This document shows, piece by piece, positions 45,111-59,049 of a DNA stretch of 64,000 bases. Numbering within the stretch: position 1 is the stretch's first letter; each line of letters starts with the position of its first letter. Source of the DNA: Eledone cirrhosa (lineage: Eukaryota). The stretch lies in NCBI GenBank assembly GCA_964016885.1, contig OZ024740.1, positions 198,958,001-199,022,000 on the forward strand. The letters run 5' to 3'. The translations under genes and the position numbers were made by a program. The notes beneath the pieces were generated by a model. It did no database searches and had not been told where the DNA came from. It saw only the letters and a program-made list of their open reading frames with translations.

Positions 45111-45615
45111 TAGTAATAATTAGGTACTGATTATACAGAGCGGTTGCCGGTCAAGCAGAAATTGAAAATTAGAATTGGTGCTCTGAAATAGCGATATATA
45201 TATGAATGTATATATAGTGCATTTTGCAATACACTGTATGCTTAATTAAAAGCATTTTGAAGACCTTACTCTTTTAATTAAGCATACAGTGTATTGCAAA
45301 ATACACTATATATACATTCATATATCTATCTCTATTTCAGAGCACCAATTCTAATTTTCAATTTCTGCTTGACCGGCAACCGCTCTGTATAATCAATTCC
45401 TGATTATTACTAGAATTCAATAAGAATCAAACATTCATAATTTTCAGCAAACAGGTGGAGTATTTGGCTTTGATAACTACCAATCAGTACAAAACAGACA
45501 CTGTTTGCTGAAAATTTAAAGTTAGTGAGACTGTGACTACTCTAAAACAATAGCGTAAGGTCTACAAAATGCTTTTAATTAAGCATACATTGTATTGCAA
45601 AATACACTATATATA
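45111..45615. mobile_element. Fold-back insert of the 321-bp hammerhead repeat family
   Basis: 45111-45251 is the inverted copy of 45270-45412; the plus strand continues as in 61060-61420. Confidence 0.85.
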
Positions 45616-45654
<39 letters not shown>

Positions 45655-45657
<3 letters not shown>

Positions 45658-45841
45658 AGGAGGTGTGGTAAGGAACCAGGTGGACTAAACGCACCAGAGT
45701 ACTCAATACTTACGGTAGTAGAGTGGTTAATAGGAAAATGTTTGACCCCGACGGTAGAGCTCAAGCCGTTTCGACGGCTATTGCTGAGCTAATAGAAATA
45801 GCCGTCGGAACGGCTTGCGCTCTGCTGTCGGGGTCAAACAT

Positions 45842-45847
<6 letters not shown>
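45655..45847 (-). mobile_element. Cruciform element ('gaccccgacgg' family)
   Basis: Palindrome gaaaatgtttgaccccgac...gtcggggtcaaacattttc with the tail on the left. Confidence 0.85.
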
Positions 45848-45896
<49 letters not shown>

Positions 45897-46477
45897 TATA
45901 TGGATGCAAAATGTGGTTTCAAAATACAACACAGCTAAATCATCCCAAAGTCAGCAGCTGGGAAACCGCAAGCCTGCTCAGCTACCCAACTTGGCTGGAT
46001 GACTTGTGTAATGTCGTTCTTCGCTGCCCGGGTCCACGCCGACTATTCACATTACCAAATTTACACCGACAATCTTTAAACGTAACCGACTGTTCTCGCT
46101 GCCGACTTCACACCAACTATTTAAAAATTACTTTTGCTTTAATCCAACACAATAAATAATCCTATAATTGTTAAATTAAATTTATTTAAGTTCTCTCAGA
46201 TATTACTGGTTTTAATTTTTATGGCAATCTTATCAAATATTAAACTTTGTTCTCATATTTTACGGCAAATAGACAGTCTAAGATTGTTTTTCAAAATCTC
46301 TTCCTATATATATCTTCTTTCTGAAGATAGATGGCGATGCTGAATGTCAGGTTCAACATGCCAGGATTCAATTAATCCATGAGAAACTTCTCTTGGTTTA
46401 AATATAAACTTACTATACAGCTACATATACTTGAGAATATACACACACACAAACTTATATTTATATATATGTATTCA

Positions 46478-46538
<61 letters not shown>

Positions 46539-46661
46539 AAATTAAGATAAATCAAGTGAATTTAATCTAAATCAAAATTATGGGTGTCATGCCAGAAAGA
46601 TATGCGCCATATCACCCGCAAAATAAGCTCTAAGATTCTAACGAGTAGGTCCGAGCATTTT

Positions 46662-47059
46662 ATAATAACTAGAAATTGATTAACATATAAATAAACATCA
46701 ATAATCACAGGAGATAATTTTTACAAGTGTGTAACCACACATAGCTAGGTAAGTAACTAAATAAAGTTGACCAGAACTTCAAAATTAGATACCTTATAAT
46801 ATGAATAACCGCTGATTTGAACTTGAAGTGTAAACACTGATCGCTGGAACTTCTTCGTGGTTTACCATTCGATTAATTGGTGAAATATATTTCTTTAATG
46901 GAATATATACAGGGAAGATTAATCATATTATAAGGTATCTATTTTTGAAGTTCTGGTCAACTTTCTTTAGTTACCCACCTAGCTATGTGTGGTTACACAC
47001 TTTTAAAAATTATTTCGTGTGATTATTCATGTTTATTTATATGTTAATCAATTTCTAGT

Positions 47060-47066
<7 letters not shown>
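46662..47066. repeat. Inverted repeat with arms of about 145 bp, next to (TA)n
   Basis: 46662-46808 versus 46918-47066; no hammerhead core found. Confidence 0.85.
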
Positions 47067-47090
<24 letters not shown>

Positions 47091-47297
47091 GGATCGAGTA
47101 GGACCCCGACGGCTGAGCTGAAGCCGTTTCAACGGCTAATTCTGGACGGGTAATTCTTTTTTAGTCCAGAATTAGCCGTCGGAACGGCTTGAGCTCAACC
47201 GTCGGGGTCCTACTCGTTCCCATTACCCGCTCTACTACCCTAAGTATTGAGTAATTTGGTGCGTTATGGTCCATCTGGTTCCTTACCACATTTCTTC

Positions 47298-47300
<3 letters not shown>
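47091..47300 (+). mobile_element. Cruciform element ('gaccccgacgg' family)
   Basis: cgagtaggaccccgacgg...ccgtcggggtcctactcg plus 3' tail. Confidence 0.85.
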
Positions 47301-47344
<44 letters not shown>

Positions 47345-47432
47345 CCAAGGATTAATATGGTTCGTTGATTACTCAACGAATACAATATTACAATAGACTA
47401 GAAGCACTCAACTGTTGATTTTCCTGGAGTCT

Positions 47433-47753
47433 TTATTATTATTCAAAATGTTAATAAATGAAAAATATTCTCATAATCAAAATATATATGATGTGATACA
47501 TATTTCAAAGGTACTATGGTGTTTAAGTACGTTTTCATGAGACAAAATATATGATTTGATATGTGACATACCGCTACGGTTTTGATTATTCAAATACTGG
47601 AATTGAATAATGAAAATCGTAGCGGTATGTCACATATCAAATCATATATTTTTGTCTGATGAAAACGTACTTAAACATCATTGTACCTTTGAAATATTTA
47701 TAATAAAATATATATTTTGATTATGAGAATATTTTTCCTTTATTAACATTTTG

Positions 47754-47762
<9 letters not shown>
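47433..47762. mobile_element. Fold-back insert with a hammerhead at 47650-47708
   Basis: Arms of about 158 bp; ttttgt CTGATGA aaacgtac..gtaccttt GAAAT attt ATA ataaaa. Confidence 0.8.
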
Positions 47763-47811
<49 letters not shown>

Positions 47812-47914
47812 TTATTTATTAAAATAACAGATTAAAGTTTAAGCAAATAATCGCTGCTTTCAGCCTTAACGGGGTCTTCTCATTATTATTATTATTATTA
47901 TTATTATCATTATT

Positions 47915-49916
47915 GAATGCCATGGTTGACGGAGGCTCGGCTCTGTAAGGTATAGTAATTTTTAACCGCTATAACAATTGTAAATTGTTTATAGCTTTAA
48001 CCAAATTGTAGACAAAAACACCCCCATCCTCGTGAGATGGGTCTTTCTGCCCGTTATTTGGACCTTCGCGGTTAAATAACCGCTTATTGGGATTTTGTGC
48101 CCAATATTTATTTTAAACCAGAAAAAAGAGGCTGGTTCGTTGCCATGCACAGCGACATCTGCTCTGTGGTGAGAGTGAACGGTCACCTTACAGAACCGTT
48201 CAACATCATGGGCTCGGTCCGCCAAGGATGTCCCCTCTCGTCCCTCTTGTACGTATTGACTCTCGAGCCATTACTGCACAAACTGGAGACGTTGAGAGGA
48301 GTCCCGCGCGAACTAGAATGCGGAAGAACCGTGTCAGCATATGCAGACGATGTCACCGTAGTGGTGTCGAACGCCAAACACATCGAGGCGATCGGCACTA
48401 CACTAAGAGATTACGAAGCGATGACGGGAGCAATGATCAAACAGGAAAAGTCAGTGGGCCTGCAGCTCGGCACCTGGAGAGGCAGGTCCATGCCGTCCAA
48501 CAACGTAGTTGGGCGCTGGACGGAAGGACCGATTAAATTGCTAGGGGTCTTGTTCGGTCCGGACCTCCAGACGGACAAAAACTGGGACGAGGTGACGAGC
48601 AGGGTAGCTTCACTCACCCAGAAATGGGCGGAGAGGAAGCTATCCATGAAAGGTCGAGCGGAGGTGGCTAAAGCGTACATCGCGTCCGTCTTTGCTACCG
48701 CCTGACCGTCATACCTTGTCCTCAGCCCCGCCTGACTGCGCTGGAGCGGTTGCTCTTTCGCTTTTTGTGGAAGGGCGCGCTCCAATGGTCAGGCGGTCGA
48801 TCTGTTGACAACACCCGCTACGTGCAGGGCTGGGCATGCTGTGGCTGATGATGCGCTGACACGCGCTCAGGCTACGACATCTCCACCTTTTCCTCGACGG
48901 TGATCCAGTGTGGCCGCCGTTTGCTAGACGCGTCTTTCCCCAGCTGGTTACCTCGACGAAGCTGCAGTCCTGGGTCAAGCGAAGACGGAGAGGGAGCGCT
49001 TGGAGACTGGAATGTCTTCAGGCGCTCACAGCCCTAAACCAATAGGGCAATGTGATCGGTGGAAACTCCACCTCGGCGTTCTATAGAGGATTAATGGAGG
49101 GAAAAGAGAGACGACGTACTTGGGGAAACTCTAGGCCTCGACGAAAATCAACTAGCCAATCTTTTCGGAAGAACTTTCGGGCCGGGGCCTATGGACAACT
49201 TCCAGAAATCCCTGGCCTGGCAGTACTACCGAGGAGCCTTGCCAGTTCGGGATAAACTCTACAGGCATGGCGGTGCCGTACCCGGGCATGTCCGAGATGC
49301 GAGCAGGGCGACGAAACCGTCCTGCACGCCCTCGTCCAGTGTCCGAGAATTGCTGACTTGTGGGTTTATGTCGAACACCTGCTGTCGCGTATAGGACGAT
49401 CCGGCTATCAGCTGAGTCCATCGTGAGGATTGCCCACCCTCTTCCTTTAGCCGGGAAGGGCAGGCAGTTTTTATCTGTCTGGTGGCCATGTAGAAAGAGA
49501 TAGTATGGTGGACACGTTTGAAAGGGCTGAAGACGAGCACTTACCTCTTTGAAAAGGAAAATCAGGGTAGAGAGGGAAGTACTCTCTTCCCAGCTTTTTG
49601 TTGAAAGATGGGTGAGAGAAGCAAGAATGGCCCGAGTGAATGGGCCTACTCTGAGTATGTGTCTGTAAATTAAAGGTGGAAAACTGGGAGTGGGCACTTG
49701 CCCTGGTCGTCAGGGTTACTGTGACCTTTAAATGGGCTTTCTCCACAAATGTCCCTCCGAAGTGTCCCCCCTATTGGGGAATTTTTCATTGTTATTTTTA
49801 TTAGATACTCTGTTTTTGTTTTTTACACGCAGAAATGCCCATTTGTACCGCCCTGTATTGTCCTGTACTGTCCTTAATGTCTACTTTATGTAAACCCTTG
49901 TGGCTAATAAAGAAAG
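47915..49916 (+). mobile_element. Tx1-clade LINE, internally deleted (5' UTR fused to mid-RT), with intact 3' end
   Basis: VRQGCPLSSLLYVLTLEPL and SAYADDVT motifs; AATAAA at 49906; (ATT)n on both sides. Confidence 0.92.
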
Positions 49917-49937
49917 TATTATTATTATTATTATTAC

Positions 49938-50019
<82 letters not shown>

Positions 50020-50166
50020 TGACGCATAGAGTTACGGCCCTTGCCATTCTGAGTTCAAATCCCGCCGAGGTTAACTTTGCCTTTCATCCTTACGGGGTCG
50101 ATAAAATAAAGTACCAGTAATACTCTGGGTTATTGCTGGCCTTGTGCCTAACGTAGAAACAATTAT

Positions 50167-50168
<2 letters not shown>
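50020..50168 (+). mobile_element. tRNA-derived SINE, 5'-truncated
   Basis: B-box gagttcaaatccc; same subfamily as 42575. Confidence 0.85.
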
Positions 50169-50224
<56 letters not shown>

Positions 50225-51647
50225 GTGTGTGTGTGCGCGTGTGTGCGTGTGTGCGTGTGTGTGTTTGTTGCAAGAATTCAACAATATAAAGAAAACCGCT
50301 CTATATATATAAGAGAACGAAAATTATAGCGTATTATTAGGTTTGATAGTCTTACAAGACCACATGATTGCATAATAGCAAAGGTTGTTTGTCAACTTCT
50401 TATTCAGATTCTTCGTTACATGATGCTTGAAGGAAATCTGCTGAAAGTCTCCGTGGTTTCCATGCTGTTATGTTGACAAACATGTATCTCTCTGCCGTTG
50501 TACACTTACAATATCATGAAATAGTTTTTGACAAGGGGTGACTGATTAGAAAGTTAGATGTTTTCTTTGGTTCATCCCACGTATTTCATTTTTTCTGTGT
50601 GCAACTTTTGAATTCATATACATACACACACACATAAATACATTTACATACATACATGGTGGCTGAAAACTTTGCTAAGTGTATTGCAATCGCTTGTCAG
50701 ATTACAGAAAATGGTGCACCTTTAGGCGACTGCAAGCCACACGAACCTGTAACATATCCTGAACAAGCAATGCCTGTGTTTTGAAGGTTTCTTAAGTGGT
50801 GAAAGGCCTTGTACTCGACCACTCCCACTCTCTAAGCATCGAAAACACTACCCGAAAAGGAGAACTAGTCAACATCATCGGATGTTCCCGAAGCCTCAGT
50901 GTTTTTTTCAGAGTTTCCCTCTCATAGAAAGGTGTTGTGAGAACACCTGGGGGCCTTTCACTCCAAGGTTAATAAAAAAGAAAAGCACTATTTGGATGGC
51001 TGTTGATACTGTTGAGTTCCTCCGCCCTTCGCTGGTACTTGTATTTCACCCCGTAGGGTGTTCAAATATCACCCTCCTCACCAAGCAAGCTTGGTGGGGT
51101 TGCCGGTTTAGTCGCCGACGACCAGACCATGAAACAGGTTGTACTGGGTTACATGTTACCAGTAGCAGTCGACATACATACTCTACACTGACAATACATT
51201 GAGATTTATAACTGTGATTATTGGAGCACTGGGATATGTTAGTAACTGCCACAGTACAAATCTTGAGAAGCTGGGCTTCACAGAACAATAAAGATCACGA
51301 ATAATTAGCGATTTAAAACTACAATTTATTAATGGGACAGAAAAAATATGTAAAACATTCAAAAAATACTGCATGTAATATCTGTATGTACAGATACAAA
51401 ATATAAGAACATGCACGCATATAACTCAAAACATACACACCCACGTATACAATAACATGAATACCTGCACACACACTCGCAGACATGCAGACGTATCTAT
51501 CTAGTTGATGTTTAAATTCCAATGAAAGCGTGTTGTGTTTATGTTAGAAACCGATTCTCTCTCTCTATTGGCAAAACGTTGTAAAAATATAAAACCAGAA
51601 GAACATACATGCATACGAACATATACATACACACATACATACATACA

Positions 51648-51735
<88 letters not shown>

Positions 51736-51927
51736 GAGAGAGAGAGAGGGGTGTGCAGGCGTACACACATATGCGTAGGTGTGCATATTATCATTGATAT
51801 GAAATATCCCATAAATATCTCTTCGTTATGAATTATTGCCATGGGTTAAAATATTAATCTGGAGATAAGAACATAATCCTATGATTCTTCTACTTAGTTT
51901 GAGTCACTGTGAGGTTCGATGGTTGCT

Positions 51928-51994
<67 letters not shown>

Positions 51995-51999
<5 letters not shown>

Positions 52000-52190
52000 A
52001 TGTATGACTCCGACGGCAGAGCTCAAGCCGTTTCGAAAGCTATTTCTGGACAGTCCAGAAATAGCCGTCGAAACGGCTTGAGCTCTGCCGTCGGGGTCAT
52101 ATATTTTCCTATTACCCACTCTACTATCCTAAATATTGAGTACTCTGGTGCGTTATGGTGCATCTAGTTCCTTACCACAACTCCTTCGTT
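51995..52190 (+). mobile_element. Cruciform element ('gaccccgacgg' family)
   Basis: Palindrome centred on tctggacagtccaga plus 3' tail. Confidence 0.85.
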
Positions 52191-52531
52191 ATATATATAT
52201 ATATATATAAATGCATTCACGAGTGAATAATAAATGTCTGTGTGTGTATTTATGTGCGTGTAAGGAGACGCACGTGTAGACGATACAATATTATAATGAT
52301 GTATAATAATTGAACACTTGATATATTTCGTTAACGTTTCGGGTGCTAGTCATTCATCAGAATATAGATTAAAGGAGAATAGAAAAATAGAAGAAAAGAG
52401 AAACAATGGAAAAAATGTTTAGTTGTTGAAGTCAGCCATTACACAGGTAATCTATGTATGTATATACTCATACAGACACACACACACACATATATATATA
52501 TTTATTCATATATATGGAGAGAGTGGGGGAG

Positions 52532-52570
<39 letters not shown>

Positions 52571-52574
<4 letters not shown>

Positions 52575-53439
52575 ATAGAAGGAACTTCTACAGGACTAGT
52601 ACTGTTTCATTCAGATGAAATCTTCAGGAAGCTGGGTGTCATATTAAGTTCTGGTATTTATACATTTAGGTAGTGGCAAGGGAGGGGTGGTGGATGGGGG
52701 GGGGGGGTGGTATTTAGATACACAGGACCACTTCATGGCATAGGCCGTTTTTTCTATTGGGAGTGGTCAATTAGCCAGAGTGCTTTTTTGAAATAAATAA
52801 ATAAGTAAATAAGTAAATAAATAAATAAATAAATAAATAAATGAATAAATAAATAGATAAATGAATAAATAATAAATAAATAAATAAATAAATAAAAAAT
52901 AAATAAATAAATAAAAACCCCAAATAAATAAAAATCCCGGTCTTGTTAAATGTTTAATTTCTATTACCAGCCCACCTAAAAAATTTCCCTACTATATATC
53001 TGTTGAATTACTATTCTTGGGGTTTTTATTTATTTATTTATTTTTTATTTATTTCTTTATTTATTTATTATTTATTCATTTATCTATTTATTTATTCATT
53101 TATTTATTTATTTATTTATTTATTTACTTATTTACTTATTTATTTATTTCAAAAAAGCACTCTGGCTAATTGACCACTCCCCATAGAAAAAACGGCCTAT
53201 GCCATGAAGTGGTCCTGTGTATCTAAATACCATCCCCCCCATCCACCACCCCTCCCTTGCCACTACCTAAATGTATAAATACCAGAACTTAATATGACAC
53301 CCAGCTTCCTGAAGATTTCATCTGAATGAAACAGTACTAGTCCTGTAGAAGTTCCTTCTATAAAATAAAAAAATGTTACTCTGCCATGTATTGAGTACCT
53401 TACTTACTGTGGTTATCCCCGACTCAACCCGGGACCTAC

Positions 53440-53440
<1 letters not shown>
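52571..53440. mobile_element. Large fold-back insert (arms about 350 bp) with terminal hammerheads and tail
   Basis: 52571-52923 is the inverted copy of 53017-53365; includes (AAAT)n; tail 53366-53440. Confidence 0.9.
53304..53352 (+). ncRNA. Type I hammerhead ribozyme with canonical core
   Basis: gcttc CTGAAGA tttcatctgaat GAAACAG tactagtc CTGTA gaagt. Confidence 0.85.
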
Positions 53441-54037
<597 letters not shown>

Positions 54038-55122
54038 CAGAGAGGAGAAAGCGAACGAAAATGTCGCAACACTTGTGTAGGTTGAAAGTATTAGCAAATA
54101 AAGAATTGCCCAAGGCAGAAAATAACTAAATATAATCGACTGCTATGGATAATAGATTAGAAAATCGGTTCAAATACATCTATAGATGAAAACAGTTGCC
54201 TACAGCCGTTAGGAAGCAGCGAACTCCTTACTTCTCAAATTCTAGGTGAGCACTCTGAACTATTGATCGAAACAACATATGAAAATAAATTTCGTTTCAA
54301 ATAAACAAACAGCTTGGATCAAAATATAGGAGACTTGCGAGCGTTTAAATTCTTAGAAAATGTAGAAATCCCAAACCCCAAAAAGTACTGTGGCAACAAG
54401 CTTTGTCTATAAATCATAACTAAGAAAATTTAGTAAAATTCCTAAGAAGGATTTTCTGAGTTACGAACTTCGATTCTTTATAGCGGCTACTGACCACATT
54501 ATTTTCGTCTCTAGGCGTATTTTATCAAACGTTTTAGCTATTATTTATGCAGTTGTTTTCTACGTTGGCGATTTCTATATTTTCTAAGTATGCACACACA
54601 CTCATGTACACACACACAGACACACATATATATGGTTTCTGATTTAGGCACATACCCAACAATTTTACAGGGAGGAGAAAGTCGAGTAGTTTACCCTCAT
54701 GCGTTACTGGTACTTTTTTCTTTGACTCTGTAAGCCAAAGCTAACGCCGGAGGAATTTGAAGTCAGGGACTAAGGGGTCGTAATTCGATGGCGCGAAGCA
54801 GGCTTGGACATTCACTATATATAGAAACGTATTTGAAAGATAATTCATATCATTATAAGTAATAAATCAACATCTTGACAGTATCAAGCTATCGAGCTAT
54901 GGAAATCTATAACATTTCAACGAATAAATACTAATATTTACGAAGTTCAGAATATTTATATATATATATATATAGAGAGAGATTTTGAGGTTATGTTGGT
55001 TGTACACCTCAGTATGCAGGCTGGAGCACTCGACGAAGTGCGCAGGTTGGTTTGGTTACTCTGGAGTAGTGTAAAATAAAGTTAAATAAAAGTCAAATGA
55101 TTAAATTTAGCTTCGTTTATTA

Positions 55123-55175
55123 CTGCTATATATATTTCAGTGACAGCCATCTTTGGCTGTGACCTCTTCAGGCAG
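55123..55175 (-). ncRNA. Type I hammerhead ribozyme
   Basis: Minus strand: ctgc CTGAAGA ggtcacagcca aaga tggctgtcact GAAA tatat ATA gcag. Confidence 0.75.
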
Positions 55176-55650
55176 TTTGAATTAGTATGAAATAGACAAG
55201 TACATATGTTGTTTAGGTGTATAATATTGTCAATACTCTGATATGCCCAGTTCCCTGTTGGGTTGTTAATTCACTGAGGAACTGGAGTCATATGAATTCA
55301 AACAAACGAATTTCAGTGTCAAAGGTCCCCTTCTCCTCTCATTGGTCAGTTATTAGAACATTCCTTTTTTTTTTTTTTCATTCTCAGTACTTTTTATAGT
55401 TTTACCCTACATTGTTCTACTTACCGTTTCGACTTCCTCCCCCTCCCCCTCCCCCGTATCCTCTTTGACCTCACGCCCAGCTGTAGCCGGCACTACCACC
55501 GCATGAATGGGTCTACTCCACCCCCTCCCCCCTTTTCTCCTACCGGCAGGTTTAGCTACCCCTTCCCCCACTAATTTGCCATCACAGATTTACTACTAAC
55601 TTGTGATGTGACCAATGCTGGTGATCATCTCTTTGACCATATATGGAATT

Positions 55651-55744
55651 ACCCCTTGATAAGCTCGGCTATTTAAATACCAGAATAAATTTTCATTCAG
55701 TCCAGAATTAGCCGTCGAAACGGCTTGAGCTCACCCGTCGGGGT
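55651..55744 (+). ncRNA. Type I hammerhead, U3-A8 variant with long stem-loop II; full-length form of the cruciform family (element extends to 55838)
   Basis: acccc TTGATAA gctcggcta..tagccgtc GAAAC gg..cc GTC ggggt. Confidence 0.7.
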
Positions 55745-55904
55745 CTTACTTGTTCCTATTACCCTCTCTACTACCCTAAGTATTGAGTACTTTGGTGCGT
55801 TATGGTCCACCTGGTTTCTTACCACATTTCCTTCGTTATATATATATATATATATAATAATATTAATAATAATAATAGTAATATAATATTAATATATATA
55901 TATA

Positions 55905-56486
55905 TTTCATTTCTGAATTTGTTTAGCAAGATGCTTTATCTGAAAACGAGTGTTGAAACCGATATTGTTATGCTTTGGGAGGGTCATGTTGCCAATAAGA
56001 AACACACGCAGCAGTGCTTTCACTCCAATTTATTATAAATTAAATTTATAAATTAAATAGAAAACATAAATGGAATAGCAACATCACAACTTACAATTAA
56101 AGTCAAAATGAAAACACACACACACATAGAACAAACAACCAACCAGTAACATGTCAATAAACAAATAAATAAACAAATAAAACACACACAGACACCCGGA
56201 TGTAACACATGCGCAAACTAAACACACAACACACACAAAAACAAGATGGCGTAGGACAGAACAAAGGAGAGGCACAAAACAAAGAAAAGAATCCCCAGTC
56301 ACCGAGGGGTCACATAATGTGTGACGAAAGAACTTTGACAATATATGAACAACCGTCCGATTATGGAACCAACCAACCAACCGGAAATTAATAAATTCTT
56401 AAATTTATAAATTTAATTTCTAATAAATTGGATTGAAACATGTGGTGCGTGTGTTTCTTATTGGCAACATGACCCTCCCAAAGTAT

Positions 56487-56493
<7 letters not shown>
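55905..56493 (+). mobile_element. Non-coding fold-back derivative of the Naiad-like PLE at 19731
   Basis: Same left tail and inverted repeat; retains only the last codons (WNSNITTYN*) and the pLTR; degenerate hammerhead near 56300. Confidence 0.9.
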
Positions 56494-56572
<79 letters not shown>

Positions 56573-56587
56573 TATATATATACGTAC

Positions 56588-56623
<36 letters not shown>

Positions 56624-56651
56624 ATGCGTGTGTGTGTGTGTGTCTTTATAC

Positions 56652-56683
<32 letters not shown>

Positions 56684-56692
56684 TATATATAC

Positions 56693-56743
<51 letters not shown>

Positions 56744-57118
56744 TGTAGGTGTGTTTCTGTGTGTGTATGGTATCTTGAGCAAGTGTCATTTAACATAACC
56801 CCGGTTCGACCATGTCATGTCAGTGGAGTTGGGTAGATGAAAACAGAATGGAAGTCCAGAATGTATTCTTCCTTCAATCCAAAGAGCCATCCTTGTCATA
56901 CATTCTCTCACGTTGAATCTCTAAAAATCATGTTATGTGTACACGTGTTTGTGGAATGCTTCACCATTTACACTACAGCTTAATTGGTGGACTGTTTTAT
57001 TAATCGCACAACTTAATCATTAAGTGTCGAAAACGACGGTCATCCATCCATCCGTCTGAGTGTGTATATACGCGTGACTGTGTGTGTGTGATGTGTGTAT
57101 GTGCGTGTATGTGATGTG

Positions 57119-57178
<60 letters not shown>

Positions 57179-57199
57179 AGTACCAAGTACAAACATAAC

Positions 57200-58000
57200 A
57201 TAACCACTAGGAACAGAAAACTCGCAACATTCTACCATCTAATAAACATCCACAAACCATGTACTGGGATTCAGATTACACCCATTGTCTCTTGCATAGA
57301 AATACCACTACAGAATCTATTTGCTCCTCTCGCAGATCCTCATGCCGGCAGCCCCGATGAGGTTCTTGCAAAGGCTCCAACTAGAACTAGACTAACTCAA
57401 ACTTACCAGAAACACATTTAACATCGATGTTGTCTCTCTCTAGTCATCATTACTCGTTCAAGCTGCAGTCTGGATTACTGCAACCTTTCTCACACAATAT
57501 ACTGCTTTGGAATCACTGCATCGGATATACACCAATCATATACATCATCGTGAAAAATACTTATTTCACCACACCTACTAAGAAACGATACGTCTACCTA
57601 TGGGATACAGTCTCTTGGGCTTACTACGCTTCACCTATATGAACCAGCTAGAATATCGAATGCTCAACATCAGCCGCTCCTGTTTCTTTTTCATCAGATG
57701 CATAGGTGACATATCCATTCTCCCGTCCTCTCGTAAAGAGGCAGATAGAATATATACGAAGCTTGCGAACATAGTTGATATACTGTTTAGTGTAGAACAG
57801 TCTTCTGGCACTGGATTATTGTCTTTGTTCAACTTCCAGTTAAGGATAAAAGAAGAAGGTGACACCCACACAAATGTATTCCTAAAAACATACAATAGCT
57901 AACTTAAATAGCCAATTACAATTAGACACAAACTATGCGACATACATACACACGCACACACAGTCGAAACAACTCAATCCAGAGCAGCTAACATATCCAA
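57200..58000 (+). pseudogene. Degenerate Penelope-like RT
   Basis: FYHLINIHKP...TPIVS, IDVVSL, RLPMGYSL..YMNQLE, FIRCIGDI and TNVFLK appear in the order expected for PLE RT motifs. Confidence 0.7.
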
Positions 58001-59049
58001 ACGATTATAACGTGTTACACAAAATTTGCCATCCGATGCTTTAATGAATACCGATTCGCTCATATATAAGGAAATAATGCAATGGTTCCAAAATGAGATG
58101 ATGTTGATTCGGATCCGGAATTGATCATAAGTTGCCCCAAGTGCTAAACAACAACAGCAAGTACCACAAGGACATCGGTTAAAATAAAAAATAAAAAAAC
58201 GTTTTGACTCTATATAATAAGAGACGAGAATAACTGAGGGGGAAATCTTTATATAATATTATGATTTCTCCGAAATGTTGGAATTTGCTTTGGATAATTG
58301 AGGTCACAAGTTCAGCAAAGTAAGTCAAAGAATCATGGCCTGTTAAATTTTGAAATTTCTTGGAACATATAAACAATTTCACGTCTCGCCAGCTCTACAC
58401 TAGAAATATTATTGATGTTATGCTTTGAGAGACTTAGCAGTATGCGAGATAAATTGAAACATATCGGTCGGCCAGCGCATATTTAACAATGAATGAAAAT
58501 CAAATCGAATTGAGAGAATTCAGGGCAAAGTATTTGCGGTACTCGTTTTCTATTTACTGCTATCTGAGTTCCATTCCCACCAGGTTTAGCTTTGACTTTC
58601 ATCCATTCAGCAACGGTGAAATTCAAAACCAGTCCAGGGCGGTGATTAATGAAATTGTACTAGCCTAGGGCGAGATGTTTGCGACATTCTAAGTTTAAAA
58701 AAAGCGCTGTGATTTTAATCTCTCGACTAGTTTAATATAACTACCCGGTATTTTGGTGGCTTTACAGAGTCAACTATGTTGCAATGTTTTGGAATTGAGT
58801 TCCAGTTTGGGAAATAATGAATCATTTTTGTCTAGTCACAGAGATACTTGGAATTGCCATAAACTCTGCTCTCGCCGCCATAACTAAAGATGTAAAAGAA
58901 GTTTCATTTGTTGTTTATGAAAATTACGTTACTACAACAGACTAGAAAAATATTATCAGGAAAATCAGGCATCTGATTTAATATGACAAGTAAGAACTAC
59001 AGATCAAACTAGATTATGTTACTGTCTACCGACATACAATAATGACTAC

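Noticed and set aside
50655-51290. Possible DNA transposon relic
   Set aside because: No DDE motif or terminal inverted repeats could be identified.
52326-52365. Minus-strand CTGATGA...GAAACGTTAACG
   Set aside because: Stem II and the NUH site are broken; probably a decayed hammerhead, too weak to call.
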